A stretch of DNA of 63,950 nt, filler included, from Bipalium vagum (lineage: Eukaryota): assembly GCA_037834085.1 (NCBI GenBank). It is 3 parts of 3 records of this genome, joined end to end, with 100 filler letters (N's around TTAATTAATTAA, not from the genome) between each part and the next. Parts side by side here need not be neighbours in the genome. Positions count along the whole stretch, not along the records: positions 1 to 19,286 come from JBBMKC010005357.1; 2 more parts are not named here. The stretch is one strand, 5' to 3'. Below are positions 1-14,077 of this stretch, piece after piece (position 1 is the first letter of the stretch; every line of letters begins with the position of its first letter). Both the position numbers and the translations under genes were made by a program. The notes beneath the pieces are model-generated. The model searched no databases, was not told where the DNA came from, and saw only the letters and a list, made by a program, of their open reading frames with translations.

Positions 1-1674
1 AATAAATATATCTTTAAGATAATAATTATTAAAATTATTAATTAATTATAATTAATATAGTTTTTTAATAATAATAACAGTAATAAAGTGGATTCATTTA
101 AAAATATTTATTAAGAAATATTATTATTGCCATTAATTGTAAAAATATTTTTTATTATTTAATTAAAAAATAATTAAATTTTTCTTGCTAAATTATGAAA
201 AATTAAATAAGAGATGTTATAATTAATAATTGAATAATAAATATTTTTCTTTTTTGTGATTAATTATTGATTTAATTTTTGGAAATTTATAAAATATTTT
301 TAAAATATACTTTAAATGAACACTTCCTTTTTCTTCTAATTTATCAAAGGATATTTATTTTCCAACAGGCAATTGAAAATATAAGTTTCTGAATATTAGA
401 CAATTTTACCTTCTTGTTAATTATTGAGACTTTTATTTAAGGAGCAACTTTCTTTCAATATTTTTGAACCACTTAAGCCTCGTGAAGTGTCGCCGACAAC
501 TTAACTTGTCCCCGCCAAAATTAATTCCAGTCCACAATGTTTATATTACGTTGTGCTTTAGGATTCACCATGAAATATACTTTGAGCATCCAAAGGAGAA
601 ATGTAAATAAATTGAGCCAGGCGTTTGTCAGTTTAATCAATAAAATGGATTCGTTGGAACCCCTTTGTATCAGGAGGTCTGAAGAACAAAACATGACTTT
701 AATTTGAAGAGTTAGACACGGTTGATGTGGTTCTAAGCCCTTCGACATTAAATGAATGTTAAATATTCATTTATCAGTCTAGAAAGTTACTGAAACAATT
801 ACTGAGGTAAAGGTCATAATTTTTCAAAACTTATGGAGAACATTTTGTCTGCTTTACCAAAGAAAATTAAATCAGTGGATCTTGTTTTATCCTTATTTGG
901 ATGATACTACGTTTATTGACTATTTATATTTGACCTCCGTTACTGGAAAAGGAAAAAAAACGACATGTTAAACATTGATATTGACAGAGGTATAAAATGA
1001 TGTTAAGTGACAAAGTTAAGACACAGATTACTTATAAAACATCAAATTAGTGAGATTACATTAATATTTAATTTGGAATACAAAAAGTTGATTTTTCGAC
1101 GTAAACATTGATAAAATTGAAAATAGCTAATTTTCCTATGAATCCTTATTTGAGCGTTACAAGTTATGATTTGGTACTTTTCTGATCGTATCTCTCGCTT
1201 TCCTAAGCTGTTTTCATTTAAACAAAAAATTATCTTTTCATTGATGACAATTATATAATTAATGGTTAGGTTATATCGGTTTTCACATTTTGCTATTTAG
1301 ACCTACTTGAGACAATTTTGACTTATTACTGTTAGAAAGGTTCTGTTGTCAGATTTGTTATGAAATATGAGATTGCTGAAGGTAAATTTAAAAAGGGTTT
1401 TAAGTTTACATAAATAGTGATCACAATACTTTATGCAGAACGCCATAATAGAGAAATTGCTAGTGATTCAAATATCTTCAGATGTAACAAAGAGTTCTGA
1501 GCAACATTTATTTTTATAACAAACTTTGTACATCTTTTACAATTGCCAACCTGATTTTCTGATATTCGAACAAATTTGGTTTTTCTCTAAAAAATATTAA
1601 TCATTGATTTTTAGTACTTCATAAATTTTTGTGCTCCTTAATTTTATTTTAAAATTTTATACCTTAATTAGATA

Positions 1675-2240
1675 CAGGGTGTCTCAAACAAATACATACA
1701 TACTTTAAATATAAATCGTTAATTAATTATAAGTCCTTAGTTCTTGTTTTAAAATTTGTTTAAGTACTCCAATAACTAGTAAGAAATTACTTCTATTTTA
1801 AATCTAAAAAATAAATTATAAAATGTTGAGTCATGAACTTTTATCGGCGAAAATTTATTATCAAAAATCACTTCAAGTTTGAAAACATAAAAGAGATATA
1901 GATCCTGTTCAAGAAAGAACTTCAGATATATCCTCCAACAAAACTGACAATCAGTCGTATAAAGGATAAATCCGAAAAAGGTGGAACTATTAATAATGTC
2001 AACAAGAACCGTTCTGGAAGACGGGAGTATATCAACAAGTACCAAAAAGGAAGAAAGAATACTGGAATTGTTATTATTTTAAGATAAAATCCATATGTAC
2101 AAAGCCTTAAATTGATATTAATAATGCAGATATAATGACATCGAATAATGTTTGCTGTTGAATTCATGAACTTAAAAATCATTCAGAATAAATAATTTGC
2201 ATTTATAATGAAACAACCGATGACATTAATGTAGCTAACT
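1675..2240 (+). mobile_element. Degenerate Tc1/mariner-superfamily (maT/Tc3-like) transposon, 5' part
   Basis: Starts TA|CAGGGTGTCTCAAA (TIR-like). Internal translation ..EKGGTINNVNKNRSGRR.. resembles the HTH region (F..TGSV....RSGRP). Frameshifted; right end not located. Confidence 0.55.
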
Positions 2241-3429
2241 AAAAAATTATAACAAATTTGAAAATATTTTTTATAAATTAAAACAAATCAATAACAAAAT
2301 GCGATATAAAATATGAAAATCAATATTAAAAAGCTAAAAATCAAATAATATGTAATATTTTAAAAAGATAAATGATTATTTTTAAGAAAGAGAGGATCTT
2401 AAAAATTAAGGTTTTTAGCTATGCTCAAAAGAAATATTATAATTGAACCATGTTGAAATGGTTTCAGTCAATTTAACGAAGTTTGATGCCAAAACCACCC
2501 GACCACTCGAAATTCCTCCTCATAAACTTGTTATGCATTTTAAGTAATACATGATATTGTTTATCAAACTATTCTTTCTTAATGTCTGGAGATTAGGTAA
2601 AAGTACAAAGTTGAAAATTTTTTTTCTTTTGAAATTATTTTTTATTATTAATTAAATTATCATAGTTTCTCAATGACTTCTTTTGAGAACTTTTTCTAAC
2701 ATATCTGCTCAATTTCCATTGCGTTTTATCACTGAATAATTAATGTATAATAATTTATGTTTTCATCTTTAATTGATAATTAAATTTTTAAAGAAAATTT
2801 TCGTTTTAGGACTGCTTAGAAATTGAGAATTAGTTAAAATTTTCACTGAAAATTTTATTTTATTTTTAATTTCTGTAATTAATTATTTTATAATGTTTAA
2901 GACCAAACTCATTTTATGATTTTTTTATATCAATTTTATTAACTAATCCTTTATCAAGGATAATTATCGTAATGAGGACAGTACAATTTTTTATTTTAGT
3001 CTCCAAAACTGAATTTCAAAGAATTTCTACACACAATAAATATTTGGGGGGAAAAGATACAAAAAAGACCTTCGTTTAATGAATTTATAGGTGAAAGGGT
3101 TTTTTTAATAGGAAATTAAAACGTGAAAGACTTGAAGAAATCATTGGAACACTAACAGAAAAAATCAATAAAATTATTTAAAACAAAAAACTTGCAAGAA
3201 AGTTTACAACAACTTTAAATGTTAGAAAAGTTTCTTCACAATCCTACAAAGATTATGAAGTTTTCTTTTCAAGTATTTTATCAATAACTTTAACATTGGA
3301 GGTGTAAACTTAGCGATTATAATATGGTAAGTATAATTTGAACATTCTTAGGATTCTTTAGAGACTGTTTAGAGTGCTGTTTGAAAATGTCAATATATGA
3401 AAAAATTGTAAATCAAAAGAATGGAAGAT

Positions 3430-4191
3430 GCCTCTAATATTTCTTTAAGATTGTCGTTATCAATGATCTTTAATCTTCCAGAACATGTTTCATCTGTTAA
3501 ACCAGATTAATTCCTCCGATGAAAATTTTTGAAACCACTTCTGTGTTGTAAGATTGCTTACAGCAGTGGCCTTCAACCTGGGTGATATCGCCCACTAGTG
3601 AGCATTTTGAAATATTGGGTGAGCGTTAGGAAGAATGAGATTGCTAATATTACCATTTCCCACATCTTACCTCCTAGAGTGTGGATTCAGTGCAGTATCT
3701 AATCTTCTCACCAAGCAAAGATACAATCTGTTTTTTGCTAAGAGGGATATTTTTTGTAGATATTGCATTCTCTTTTATCATTGAACATTATTTGGATTTT
3801 AATAAGTTTTTCAAAGTTCTGATGGGCGATAGATTTTTTATAGATGGGAATTTACCAAACGTGGGCGTTAGGCTAAAAAAATGTTGAAGGCCACTGGATT
3901 ACTGCATCAACATCGAACGCCACACAGATCTTTCGAGCAGCTTCAGCAGCTTTAATACTAAGTTTGTACTAATAGAGTAAGCAACCACGAATTAGCGCTT
4001 TTTTAGAGGTCATTTTGATTTGTCATTGAGCGTTTTAAACAAGTATTGCTAAATACTTTTTTATAAATATGTTGAAAAACAATATTACCTAATCCAAATA
4101 ACAGAATATAAATAAATTCTATCAATAAAAAATGAAAAAATATATCATGAAATGTATCAGAAAAGCCACACGAACTTTATTGGTTACCTAA
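3430..4191 (-). mobile_element. Mariner transposase N-terminal remnant, interrupted by a hAT element
   Basis: With the hAT insert and one TSD copy removed, the minus strand reads KAAEAARKICVAFDVDAVSNLTTQKWFQKF..DETCSGRLKIIDNDNLKEILEA. TIR-like end near 4165-4191. Confidence 0.75.
3564..3896 (+). mobile_element. Non-autonomous hAT (Buster/Charlie-type) internal-deletion derivative
   Basis: Perfect 14-bp TIRs CAGTGGCCTTCAAC / GTTGAAGGCCACTG. 8-bp TSD GCTTACAG / GATTACTG (6/8 match, central TA). Retains the C-terminal motif IPFPTSYLLECGFSAVSNLLTKQRYNL. Confidence 0.9.
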
Positions 4192-5199
4192 GACTATATT
4201 TATTTATTATATCGTTGATGTAAATAAAAATATTGATTTCATAAATTTGTTGATGTCGAATTGATTAAATTAAATCTTATTTAAAGAATAAATTATTAAT
4301 TTAAAGTAAAATAATTTATCGCTAACAATGGATTATCTATTTTATTTGCTTATCAACAGATTTTATTCTTTTTAATGTTATTATTTTTTTATAAATCATT
4401 TTTAAAAGTCTTGTAAAATATCAGATTTTATAAATTATTAATATTATTGATATATCACTTAACAATATATCATTATCGATTTATCATTTTATTATTTTCA
4501 TTAATTCATATTAAATGATTAACAAGGGTATTTGTTCAAAATGAGTTTTTAATATTAATTCTAAAAAGAAAAAATGATAAATTATGATCATTTTACCAAA
4601 TTTGAAAATTGTTTGTTTATTAAACGGGCTTTTATACTTTAATTTATCTTTATCATCGTTTCGGGAAAATAATAAATAAAATACAGCTCTTGTCATATAT
4701 ATCAAATAAGATATAATTAATGAAATGTTTATATTTCCCTTTTCGTCGCTTAAAATAATGAAAGTAAATCAAGTGTGTTTTAATTCCCGAAATAATTTTT
4801 AGAGAGATTTATTTTAAAAATTTAATTTAATAAAACAAAACCATTGATAGACTTTATTAATTTTTTTGATAAATATATTTCTTCGGAAACAAAAATTATT
4901 TTAATAAATATTTATTTAAATAATTTCTATGAAAAATTGTTTTCGGTAATGTAGATGTTTAAATTATGATTAAAATGTCTGTATTTAACTGATTGTTTAC
5001 ATATTAGTAGAGCATAAAATAGAAATGAGAACTAATATTGTATTTTTATTCATTAAGTCTTCATGTCTANNNNNNNNNNNNNNNNNNNNNNNNNNNNNNN
5101 NNNNNNNNNNNNNNNNNNNNNNNNNNNNNNNNNNNNNNNNNNNNNNNNNNNNNNNNNNNNNNNNNNNNNNNNNNNNNNNNNNNNNNNNNNNNNNNNNAA

Positions 5200-5315
5200 T
5201 TTATTTATAAAATTAATAGCTTATTATTTACGTATATCATTATGGTTTTGATCAAGTTTATTTATAAAATTAATAGCTTATTATTTACGTATATCATTAT
5301 GGTTTTGATCAAGTT
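5200..5315. repeat. 57-bp direct duplication abutting an N gap
   Basis: Two identical 57-nt units immediately after the gap at 5070-5197; probably an assembly edge effect. Confidence 0.8.
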
Positions 5316-5378
5316 TAAGAAAAAGCTTAAACTAACAACAACAAATAATTTAATAGAATATTTGTTAACGTTATAATA

Positions 5379-6238
5379 TTAAGTTGGTTCAAAAGAAATT
5401 GTGATCTTGGCCTTTAATATTGGAAATAAGAACTATTCAATTGTACATATTGAATAAATTTATTTATTTCCAAAAATCTGTAGCTCTGTAGACTAAGAAA
5501 TTTTTAAAAACTTTCTTAACATCGTTTACGTTTCTGAAGATTTTCTTAGATATGCTTGAAAATCTGATATTCTGTAGGTGAGGGGTTCTGGAGTAAGAAG
5601 AATGAATGCAGTTTGCACAACTTTCGCAACATAGTGTCTCTCGAGACGTGTAGTCTTGGTTATATGTTGAAAATGGGTTTATTTTTTGGATTTTTAAGAC
5701 TTGAGTTTCTGGTTTATTTCTTGGACTAGTTGAACATAATTTTTCACGGTAAATCGTTTAATTTTTTTGAGAAACTGAAATATACTAAAACTTAAGTAAT
5801 TTCGACTTTTGGAAATACCGTAGAGCTTCGATATCAGAACACATACTGAAAAGCTACTCTCATCACTGAAGGCAATGCGAGACTAGTCATATAAAATCCA
5901 GTGTTAGTGATTGAGTGCCCACTCACCTCTTCGATATTTTAATGTTTAATTCAGTTTTGGTTTTTACTTTGCTGCAGCTTCTCCTATTACTGAAGAAAAT
6001 TTTTGACGGGCTTTTGAGGTATTGAGCCAAAGCTTAAATTTATACAGTAAGCAAGAAAAAATGATTGAATTTCTGTCCACTACTAAAAAATATGAGTTCA
6101 TGATTTTTTTAATATCAAATTACATGTTTGATTTAAAGTAATCTAATAAAACAAATTGGTTTTTTGAGGAATAAAACACAAACAATTTAATGAAATGTCA
6201 ATTTATTAAAATCGGCAATAATTTATTTGAACACCTAA
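5379..6238 (-). mobile_element. Degenerate, internally deleted mariner
   Basis: TA-flanked imperfect TIRs (TTAAGTTGGTTCAAA.. / ..TTTGAACACCTAA). Decayed HDNARPH-like and HPPYSPDL-like motifs on the minus strand. Confidence 0.6.
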
Positions 6239-7789
6239 TAAACAGAAATTCCTTTTTATGAACCTTATAATTTAATTTTATTTATTTATATTTATTTATT
6301 ATTTTATTTCTCTTATTATTATAAAAAGATAATCTTGCATTGCTTATTTTTCTGATAAAAGGAAATTTTTATTAATACCTCATCTTCTAAATTATTATTT
6401 GCAACCTGTGTTATTACTTTGTTAGTACTGCCTTGAAAAAAAAATCTGTTGCAGAACATTATCTCTGGGTTCTAAGTTAATATATATTATATACTTTTAT
6501 CACTGCATTCAGTTGTATTTTATCTTTTATTTTACTCTAATTGTACCATCTTTGTTATTCACATCTTTGACTTTGTTTTAATTGTATTATCTTTTTCAAA
6601 GATTAGCTGATGCTTATTTCTCCTTAATTTTTACTATTTCTTTCGATTCTTATTTTATATTATTTAATTATTTTGCCTGCTTTTATAATTATATATACAG
6701 CAAATGCAAATATACATGTATAATAACTGTTGTGAAATATGAATGTATGAGACTAATTATATTGATATACAGCTGTATTTAATAACTTGGATTTTTCAAA
6801 TTCTATCGACTTACTTTGTTGAGATAATTTTTATCAAAAAACGTTTAAAGAAACAATTATGACCTACAATTTGTTAACATCTTATATTGAATTGGTTGCA
6901 CTAATCCATCTCCTTCCCTTTTAACACGATTAGGTTAAAAGAGGTAGCACTGTGAGCAAATAATTCACACAATAAGACAATACGATTTATTATTTCCCAA
7001 CAAATAAACCACTAAAATACAATAAAACAAATGTCAAGCAATCGATCATAAACTACTCAACGCATTCCAAATCTAAATTAGCAATATAACGCAAATATTT
7101 CTTGGTCGCACGTTAGGCTCATCTATTACCGATAAATCCAATATTAAAGAAACCTTTATTATTATTAGTCAATATTATATTTATTTTTGTTATAATTGTT
7201 TCAAAATCAAATAAATTAATTTTAAAACACCTATTGAAAATTCATTAGACATCATTATGTATAGTAAGACTCAGAAATCTTTGAAATTATTTTAGGTTAA
7301 TAATGGATCCAAGTTAACCTAAGATATAACTGTATTTTTTACATATTTTAAAGGTGAAGACAATCTTCATTTACATGTCTTTGTCACATTATTTATACAG
7401 ATCCATGGTAGGTACCACAACAGTGATAATTTCACAAGGATTTCGATTTGAAGTATGAATAAAAAATTTGTCTCCGACATTTAAGCGCCAGAGTCTGTAT
7501 TATACTAGCCAAAAATCTGTCCATGATCAATGACATTTTTAATTAATTTATTTTTAAGTTTAAGATGATTTATAAATTTAATTAATTAATTTCTTATTAT
7601 TAATTAATTAATTAATACTAATAATTAATTAATTAATTTTTTAAAAATCAGTTCATCATTTAAATAATGTAATTTTAGAAATACTTTTCTTTTGAAGAAA
7701 AATATAACAATCAATGTTTTAACCTTATACATTTTCCAACATCATCTACAAACCTCTTACATCGTTTTGATGTATTTTATATCCAAATT

Positions 7790-8730
7790 CACCATAACTT
7801 ATTTGACTGTAAATAAAAATGTTCACGTAAGACCCTGTTGACTTCGCGAGAACCAAGACTTTTCTGTATGAAGACTTATTTCATAATCAATTTTGCCTAG
7901 AAAATGAAAGTCATGGAAAATTGCTGAATACAATAGATGCAAGGTAGTTCTATGAATAAAAGTGAGCCAAATTTCCAAGTATCCATAGCCAGCATCAGAA
8001 ATTGAAATTATGAAGAAACCGGACAGTTGAATTCTTTATGAATTGATCAAAATACAAAAAATATCAATTACTAAAGATATCTTCTCTACTTAAATCCATA
8101 AGAATTTTCTGTCGTTGAAATATATTATAACTTACAATGAAAAATAATTCCTTTATGATAATCGCAAAAGAAAAGACAGTGGCTGAACAAATCTGGACAG
8201 CCAATGATCCTTAGAATAGGAAACATTTACTTTAATAATATTATGATTACTGTATGGCGGTCTAGTGAATGAATTATTCATTAATCATTTCCCGAATCTC
8301 GTGTAACCAAATAATTCACAACTTCTCTGTGTTAAACATCCTGCTTGCAGCAGAATAGACATTAATCTATTCTGCTGCATCAAAACCCCAGACCGTATGT
8401 TGAACAAATACTATTAGGTGTGAAGTTCTGCTTAAACACCAATTTCAACGAATCTGGGACCTAACAATTTTAATCTTTACAATGACTTGATCAAGTTTGT
8501 GCAAAATCACGACATAACAACCACATCTCTGCCATTTTAGCTTTCCTAACAAGTAAAAATAGAAATTTTCAAAAAAATATATTTTTATCATGGCTGTCCG
8601 TTGACAGCAAACAATTTATTCAAATGATGACTATTTCATTAAATAAATGTGTGTTGCTTGTTCATAATACAGTTCAACTTTCATGACTGATCGCACACTT
8701 AATAAAACAAATACTATTACTGTGCAATCT
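7790..8730 (+). mobile_element. Highly degenerate mariner
   Basis: Fragments MITVWRSSE*IIH*SF and ILLHQNPRPYV resemble mariner MVTVWW..GIIH and LLHDNARPH. Boundaries approximate. Confidence 0.55.
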
Positions 8731-9259
8731 AAAAAGTATCTTTAGAAAAATATTTTTGTTTATTTTACTCATTGGGTAATGGGATTTGCCAATGTTTTGA
8801 TGACAATCGAATTTCACGAAGACTTTTTCTTTTTAATATTCACCAACTTTGGTTTTCTTGAATATCACTTTTTGTATGGAAAACTCATTTAAAATATAAT
8901 CCATCAGTTAATTTCCGTTTATTGGCATTTTTATTTTGAATAATTCTTCTTATTGATCATCAATCATTATTTATTCATGCCACGCGCTCTCATTTTTATT
9001 AGTATTATTTTATTTATATTATATTGATTAATCAATAATGTATTAATAGTATTTCTAAATTTTATCGATTTGGATTTTAATTAAGGAAATAAAACATTTA
9101 TTTAAATCAATTATCCATTTATCAACTTTTGGATGATCTGAATAAACAAAATCAGTGTAATTTTTTAAAAAATAATAATTTAATAGAATAAAATTAAGTC
9201 TTCCAAAATATTTTATTTGTCAGTAGTGTTGTTTTAATAAATCAGTATACAGTTTTTTT

Positions 9260-9365
9260 GGTTTTTATTACATTGAAATAATTAGCTGTCACTAATGTTC
9301 CATGTGCATCCCCGTGCTTCACCGCATCAAGCTTGAAAGCCGCCGTGTAAGGTTGCATCATTTCT
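9260..9365 (-). mobile_element. pogo-family transposase N-terminal (Brinker-type DNA-binding domain) remnant
   Basis: PYTAAFKLDAVKHGDAHGTLVTANYFNV resembles the Y(T/S)AAFKL.V...A...G...AAR.F.V pattern of pogo/POGK. Confidence 0.5.
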
Positions 9366-9939
9366 GCATTAATGATTTTAAAGCTTAAGGTTAAATCAAT
9401 AAAATCAATTACTAAATTTAAAAACAAAATGTATATAAATATATATCTAAGGAACTTTATGGTAATAAAAAATAATTTACGCTTTGATTATTTTATTAAC
9501 TTACATTTTTTGTGTTTTACTTTTTTTTCTGCACATTTTGAAAATTTATAAAATAAAATTATTTATCAAAAATATATTTAAAATATTAAAATTATATTTT
9601 TCTATTTTTATTTTCTTTTTTTTATCATTTTACTTTTACTAAATTAATTTTTCTTTTATCAAATTTTTTCTTTGTTCATTTTTGATAATGATAACATTTC
9701 GAAAATTATTATTGGTAAATATTAATAATTTAGAAAAAATATTACTGCAAATTTAGTGTTAGGAAAAAATTTTCAGATAAACCCTTTACTGTGGATATTG
9801 ATCTAGATTCATGTGAACAGACTTATGATTTATGACCTTTATTATTTACATTATTAAAGAACATCTCGATTATTATATTATTTATTTTATTCAATTAAAA
9901 GGGTAATAATTAAAACCAGCATGGATATTTCAAATTCAG

Positions 9940-12028
9940 AACTTCATTTTTATCGGAAGCTGTATCTATCGATGATTTCCAAAAAATTGCTACACTTGGT
10001 GTCGGAGGATTTGGGAGAGTTGAACTGGTAGGATTTCGTTTTACAGTTATACTGAAGCTGACATTTAAATATTAAACCAGGTCAAACTAAAGAGCGACGA
10101 CTTGCAATCATTCGCACTAAAGAAACTGAAGAAAAAGCACATCATTAAAACGCGACAGCAAGAACATGTAATGAATGAAAAAATTATCCTATCGGTCATT
10201 AACTCTTCATTTATTGTCCAGTATTGGTTTATTTTGTTTATTTTGTTATATTTTGTTTATCACAATATTACATATATATATTAAACATAATATATTCTAA
10301 TGAAAATGTGAACCACCTTTTCACAAACATTTATAAGAATTTCTAATATTATATTATGCATAAAATTATACTATTATGTTGTTCCATAAAAAATGCCGCC
10401 TATGATTAAAAAGTTTCAACAGTTTTTTTAGCAAGACAAGATTCACGAACGCAAATAAAATCCATCGTTTTGACAAACAACAGTCCAATGTTGTGCTACA
10501 TTTAGATTCAACTTTTATACCATTCCGCAGGTCTGGAGTCAAAAAACTTCATCAGTTTCTCGTGAAGAGCTTTTTCATTTGCAAATCACCGTCATCAGAG
10601 AAAATGTGATATCGAGAGAAAAAATTTCAAGTCAGACGCTGTGTTGACTGGATTTGGAAATATTACAATTCCATCAAGGCTATTGATTGTTGCTATTGAT
10701 TTCCCTGAAGTAAAAAGCTTTGCGTTATCTCCTTGTAATAAAACCTTCCGATTGATTAAAGGAGGATATTTTGTTGTCATAACTTTATGCAATCTCTTCA
10801 ATTGTGCTGAATAAATGTCCGAACTTAAATTACATGATTTGTATGTCTGTATGTATAAGCACCTGGCAAAAGTTGAAAGAATATTCCATCGCAATTCCAG
10901 AAAAGGAACAAGACCTTTTTCCAAATCGCTGTGTTTTAGGACAAGAAAGAGACTACTCGTTTGTAGATAACCATTTATATTTTGTGTTTGGATTATTAAC
11001 AAATCCCTCTTTTCATAGATACGTATTAGCAATCTTTCGGAAAAAATGGTCATTCCATGGTTTTTGTAATGTGACTTAAAAATTTCAAGCCGTTTGACTG
11101 CCTGACTTTTTGGCAGTTCATAGGGATCGATTCGAGGAGCCCTGTATTTTTTTTCCAATAGAATGAATAGATAATTGTCATATGAGAATATATGATATTT
11201 CCCAATCTCTATATTCATAATGAACATCTTTCTGAATTAGTCTTTAATAAAAGCAGATTAAATCATAATACTTATCTATAGGTTTCTATGCTAATGAAAG
11301 ACTCAAATATAATTTTCACGGGGAAAAATTTCATTAAAAAAATTTTCATTAAAAAATTTTAAATTTATCAAATTTCGGATTAAAAAAAGGATTTTTCATG
11401 TCATTGATAAGGAAGCATATTTTACTATTTTTCATAAACTTTTAGTTTTGTCATCTATCAATAAGTCAAAATCAATGTCATTGGAATTTTCTTTCTATTA
11501 AATTGATTCGATAACTGTCAAATATTACATTTAGTTAAATTTCTCCTAATCATACCTTTCCAAGCAAACTCTAAAGAACCATAATATAGCATTAATCAAA
11601 TGCTCGAAATTTGGTATTACACTTCATATATCATGTACAACACCTCTATATAAAATGATAATATTATTAATAGACAGATTTTGATTAAAGTTGTATAATA
11701 TAATGAACACTTGGCTGTTTTTTGTATGTTCTTGAAAATGTTACTTAATTGATTATAGTGGTACACGGATATTTTTGTTTTCTAGGTAATTTGATATTAT
11801 ATAATAATTATTATATTATTATATTATAATTGAGAAACAAACTTTGGTATAATATAAAGATATTTATTATTATTATTAATATTAATATTTTTTTATGAAT
11901 CTTGTGCTGAAACTTCAAAAATAATTTATTTTATTTAGACTTTACAAGACTTTCAAGGACGCAAAATATCTTTATATGCTTTTGGAAGTATGCTTGGGAG
12001 GTGAATTGTGGTCCGTTCTCAGAGATAT
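9940..12028 (+). CDS. PRKG1: cGMP-dependent protein kinase (PKG), partial: three kinase N-lobe exons
   Basis: Exons 9940-10027 (..[19 protein letters not shown]; alternative acceptor at 9920), 10081-10220 ([37 protein letters not shown]) and 11939-12028 ([29 protein letters not shown]). GT-AG introns with compatible phases. No cNMP-domain or catalytic-loop exons found in the window. Confidence 0.88.
10376..11310 (-). mobile_element. Degenerate mariner in PKG intron
   Basis: ORF 10595-11227 has decayed motifs (RIDPYEL ~ [40 protein letters not shown]). TIR-like start near 10376. Confidence 0.75.
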
Positions 12029-12943
12029 GTGAGTTTTGTTTGTCAAAACAGCTTTATTAAATGTAAATAACAATTTTATTACAGCAAAATTTACGTTTGG
12101 TAATCTCATGTTAATCTTCTTATCATATTTCATAAGTCTAATAGTAAAAGGGTCAATTCGTTTTATCATAATACTTTTATTATTCACTGTAATCCTCAAG
12201 GAAAGATATTTAAGACCTTTGTATATCACCTTGATTAAGATGTCCTTTCACTTAACCGGAATTTTTTTAACTTCGGAAGAATTTTTAGAAAGAGCTTTGT
12301 CCTTTTTACCATGGTTCAAAAAGAAAATCATCCAAAATTTCCTGAAAAATAAAATTTTTTTAAAAAAAAAATAATTTTAATAATTATTAAATTGCTGTCA
12401 AGTTCCAACTTTTATTATTATTCCTTTTGTTGTTTACCTACTTACAAGAGTTATTTTAATGTAATAAAAACAACTGATCAAGAATCATATCAAGTATATT
12501 TGCATATATTTATATTATCATCTGGAGCAAATTTGCATATACATAGCCTTGTATTGCCATGTGTAGAACAATTTAATATATAAAAACAATGGATAATCAA
12601 GAGATTTTAAAAAAACAAATAATTCACTCGCATATAAATGTTATACAATTGATCCGTCATGTTTTCATTTTGAAGAAAATTAGTATAAAAGAGATACAGG
12701 GTTGTAAGAAACATACTTGATTAGCTACTTTAATATCATCAGCCACTTCATAATTACCAAATTTTTTTGTATAAATTTTATTTCTTTGTGAAAAGGAATT
12801 GGAACAAAAATATTTTCCCTATTTTCCTTTTAATCTATTGGTTATAAATGTTCTGCTTATTAAAATTTCTGTTCTTAGAAATTTTCGACAGAACATTTAT
12901 CTTGTATAAAACTAATAATATAACAAATTCGTGAAAATGAAAT

Positions 12944-14070
12944 ATTATGTCGTTTCATAAGTTATGCGGTTTATACTAACACTTAAAAATTAAGAAAAAT
13001 AAGATAAAGGAAAAAGTTATTATAGTCACCACTTTCACTTTCTCCATTTACAAACAAGATTTTCTATTCCTGATTTATGAAATCATAAGATTTACTGTTG
13101 AAAAAACACCTTGTGTCTTATTTTAGCATCTTCAAAGGAACTAAATCTTTTTCCAGCTAAGTATTGTTTCATCGATTTAAAAAGATGATAATCAGAAGAT
13201 ACTATATCAGGAATACTTTCCTAATCTAGCTGTCTAATTTTTTCCTGTTTCATCTTGGTTACATGCGGTTTAGTATTACCGTGTTGCAAGATAACCTTTA
13301 CTGATTGCCAATTCCGGAAATTTTTCGTGAAAACATGTAATTTAATCATATTAGACTTGTGGTAATAACAGTTTGACCAGGTTATAACAGTTATTACCCA
13401 CCAAACTTACAAAACCAGTATCTTTCCTCTAAAAATTGATTTTATTTGTGATACTGAAGACAGGACACAAAGAAGATATTGTCTTTTGTGCTTAGATTTA
13501 ACCCATTTCTCATTCTTGGTAATAATCCGATCCAAAAATGAAGCGTTCTAATGTCTGGAGAGTATGATGTTCAGATTTTTAGTCATACAGATTTTTGAAT
13601 ATCTCTTAATTGATAAATGACCAAATTTCTGGCTTTGATAGTCTTACAAACAGACTTTAGATGCATCCGAGCTTGTTATAGTCTTCATGCCAATCAATGT
13701 TTGCTACTCATAATCCTCAATAAATACCGTATCAAATCCTCATTGTCATGAGGAGTTCCGGAGTGTGAATAATCAACCAATTTGAAATTTCTTTCTCTAA
13801 ATCTGGAAACGAATGTTGACATGTTCTGACTTCCAGTGCTTCAGGATACACCGCATTACTGCAGTAAGTTGCTTCTGCAGTATTTTTTATTTTACAGAAT
13901 TCATAATGAATGCAATTCCAAACATGGTCTCTTTTTGGTGATCATTCATTATCATTGCCCCAATTGCTTGATTATACCTAAATTTTCACATAATTAAATA
14001 AACAATAAGAAAAATTGAAACAAATTGAATTGATTTCATTGATGTCAATACATGCTTATATTTTTTCAAT
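12944..14070 (-). mobile_element. Degenerate mariner, near full length
   Basis: Minus-strand fragments HVWNCIHYEFCK, DRIITKNEKWV, VILQHGNTKPHVT, SSDYHLFKSMKQYL. TIR-like TTATGTCGTTTCATAAGTTATGCGG. Confidence 0.8.
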
Positions 14071-14077
14071 TAATATA

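Noticed and set aside
470-1040. Coding-like, moderately GC-rich stretch as upstream PKG exons
   Set aside because: No cNMP-binding or leucine-zipper motifs and stops in the frames I read; probably decayed repeat.
5025-5376. ORFs with a repeated 19-aa unit
   Set aside because: They run through Ns and a gap-edge 57-bp duplication.
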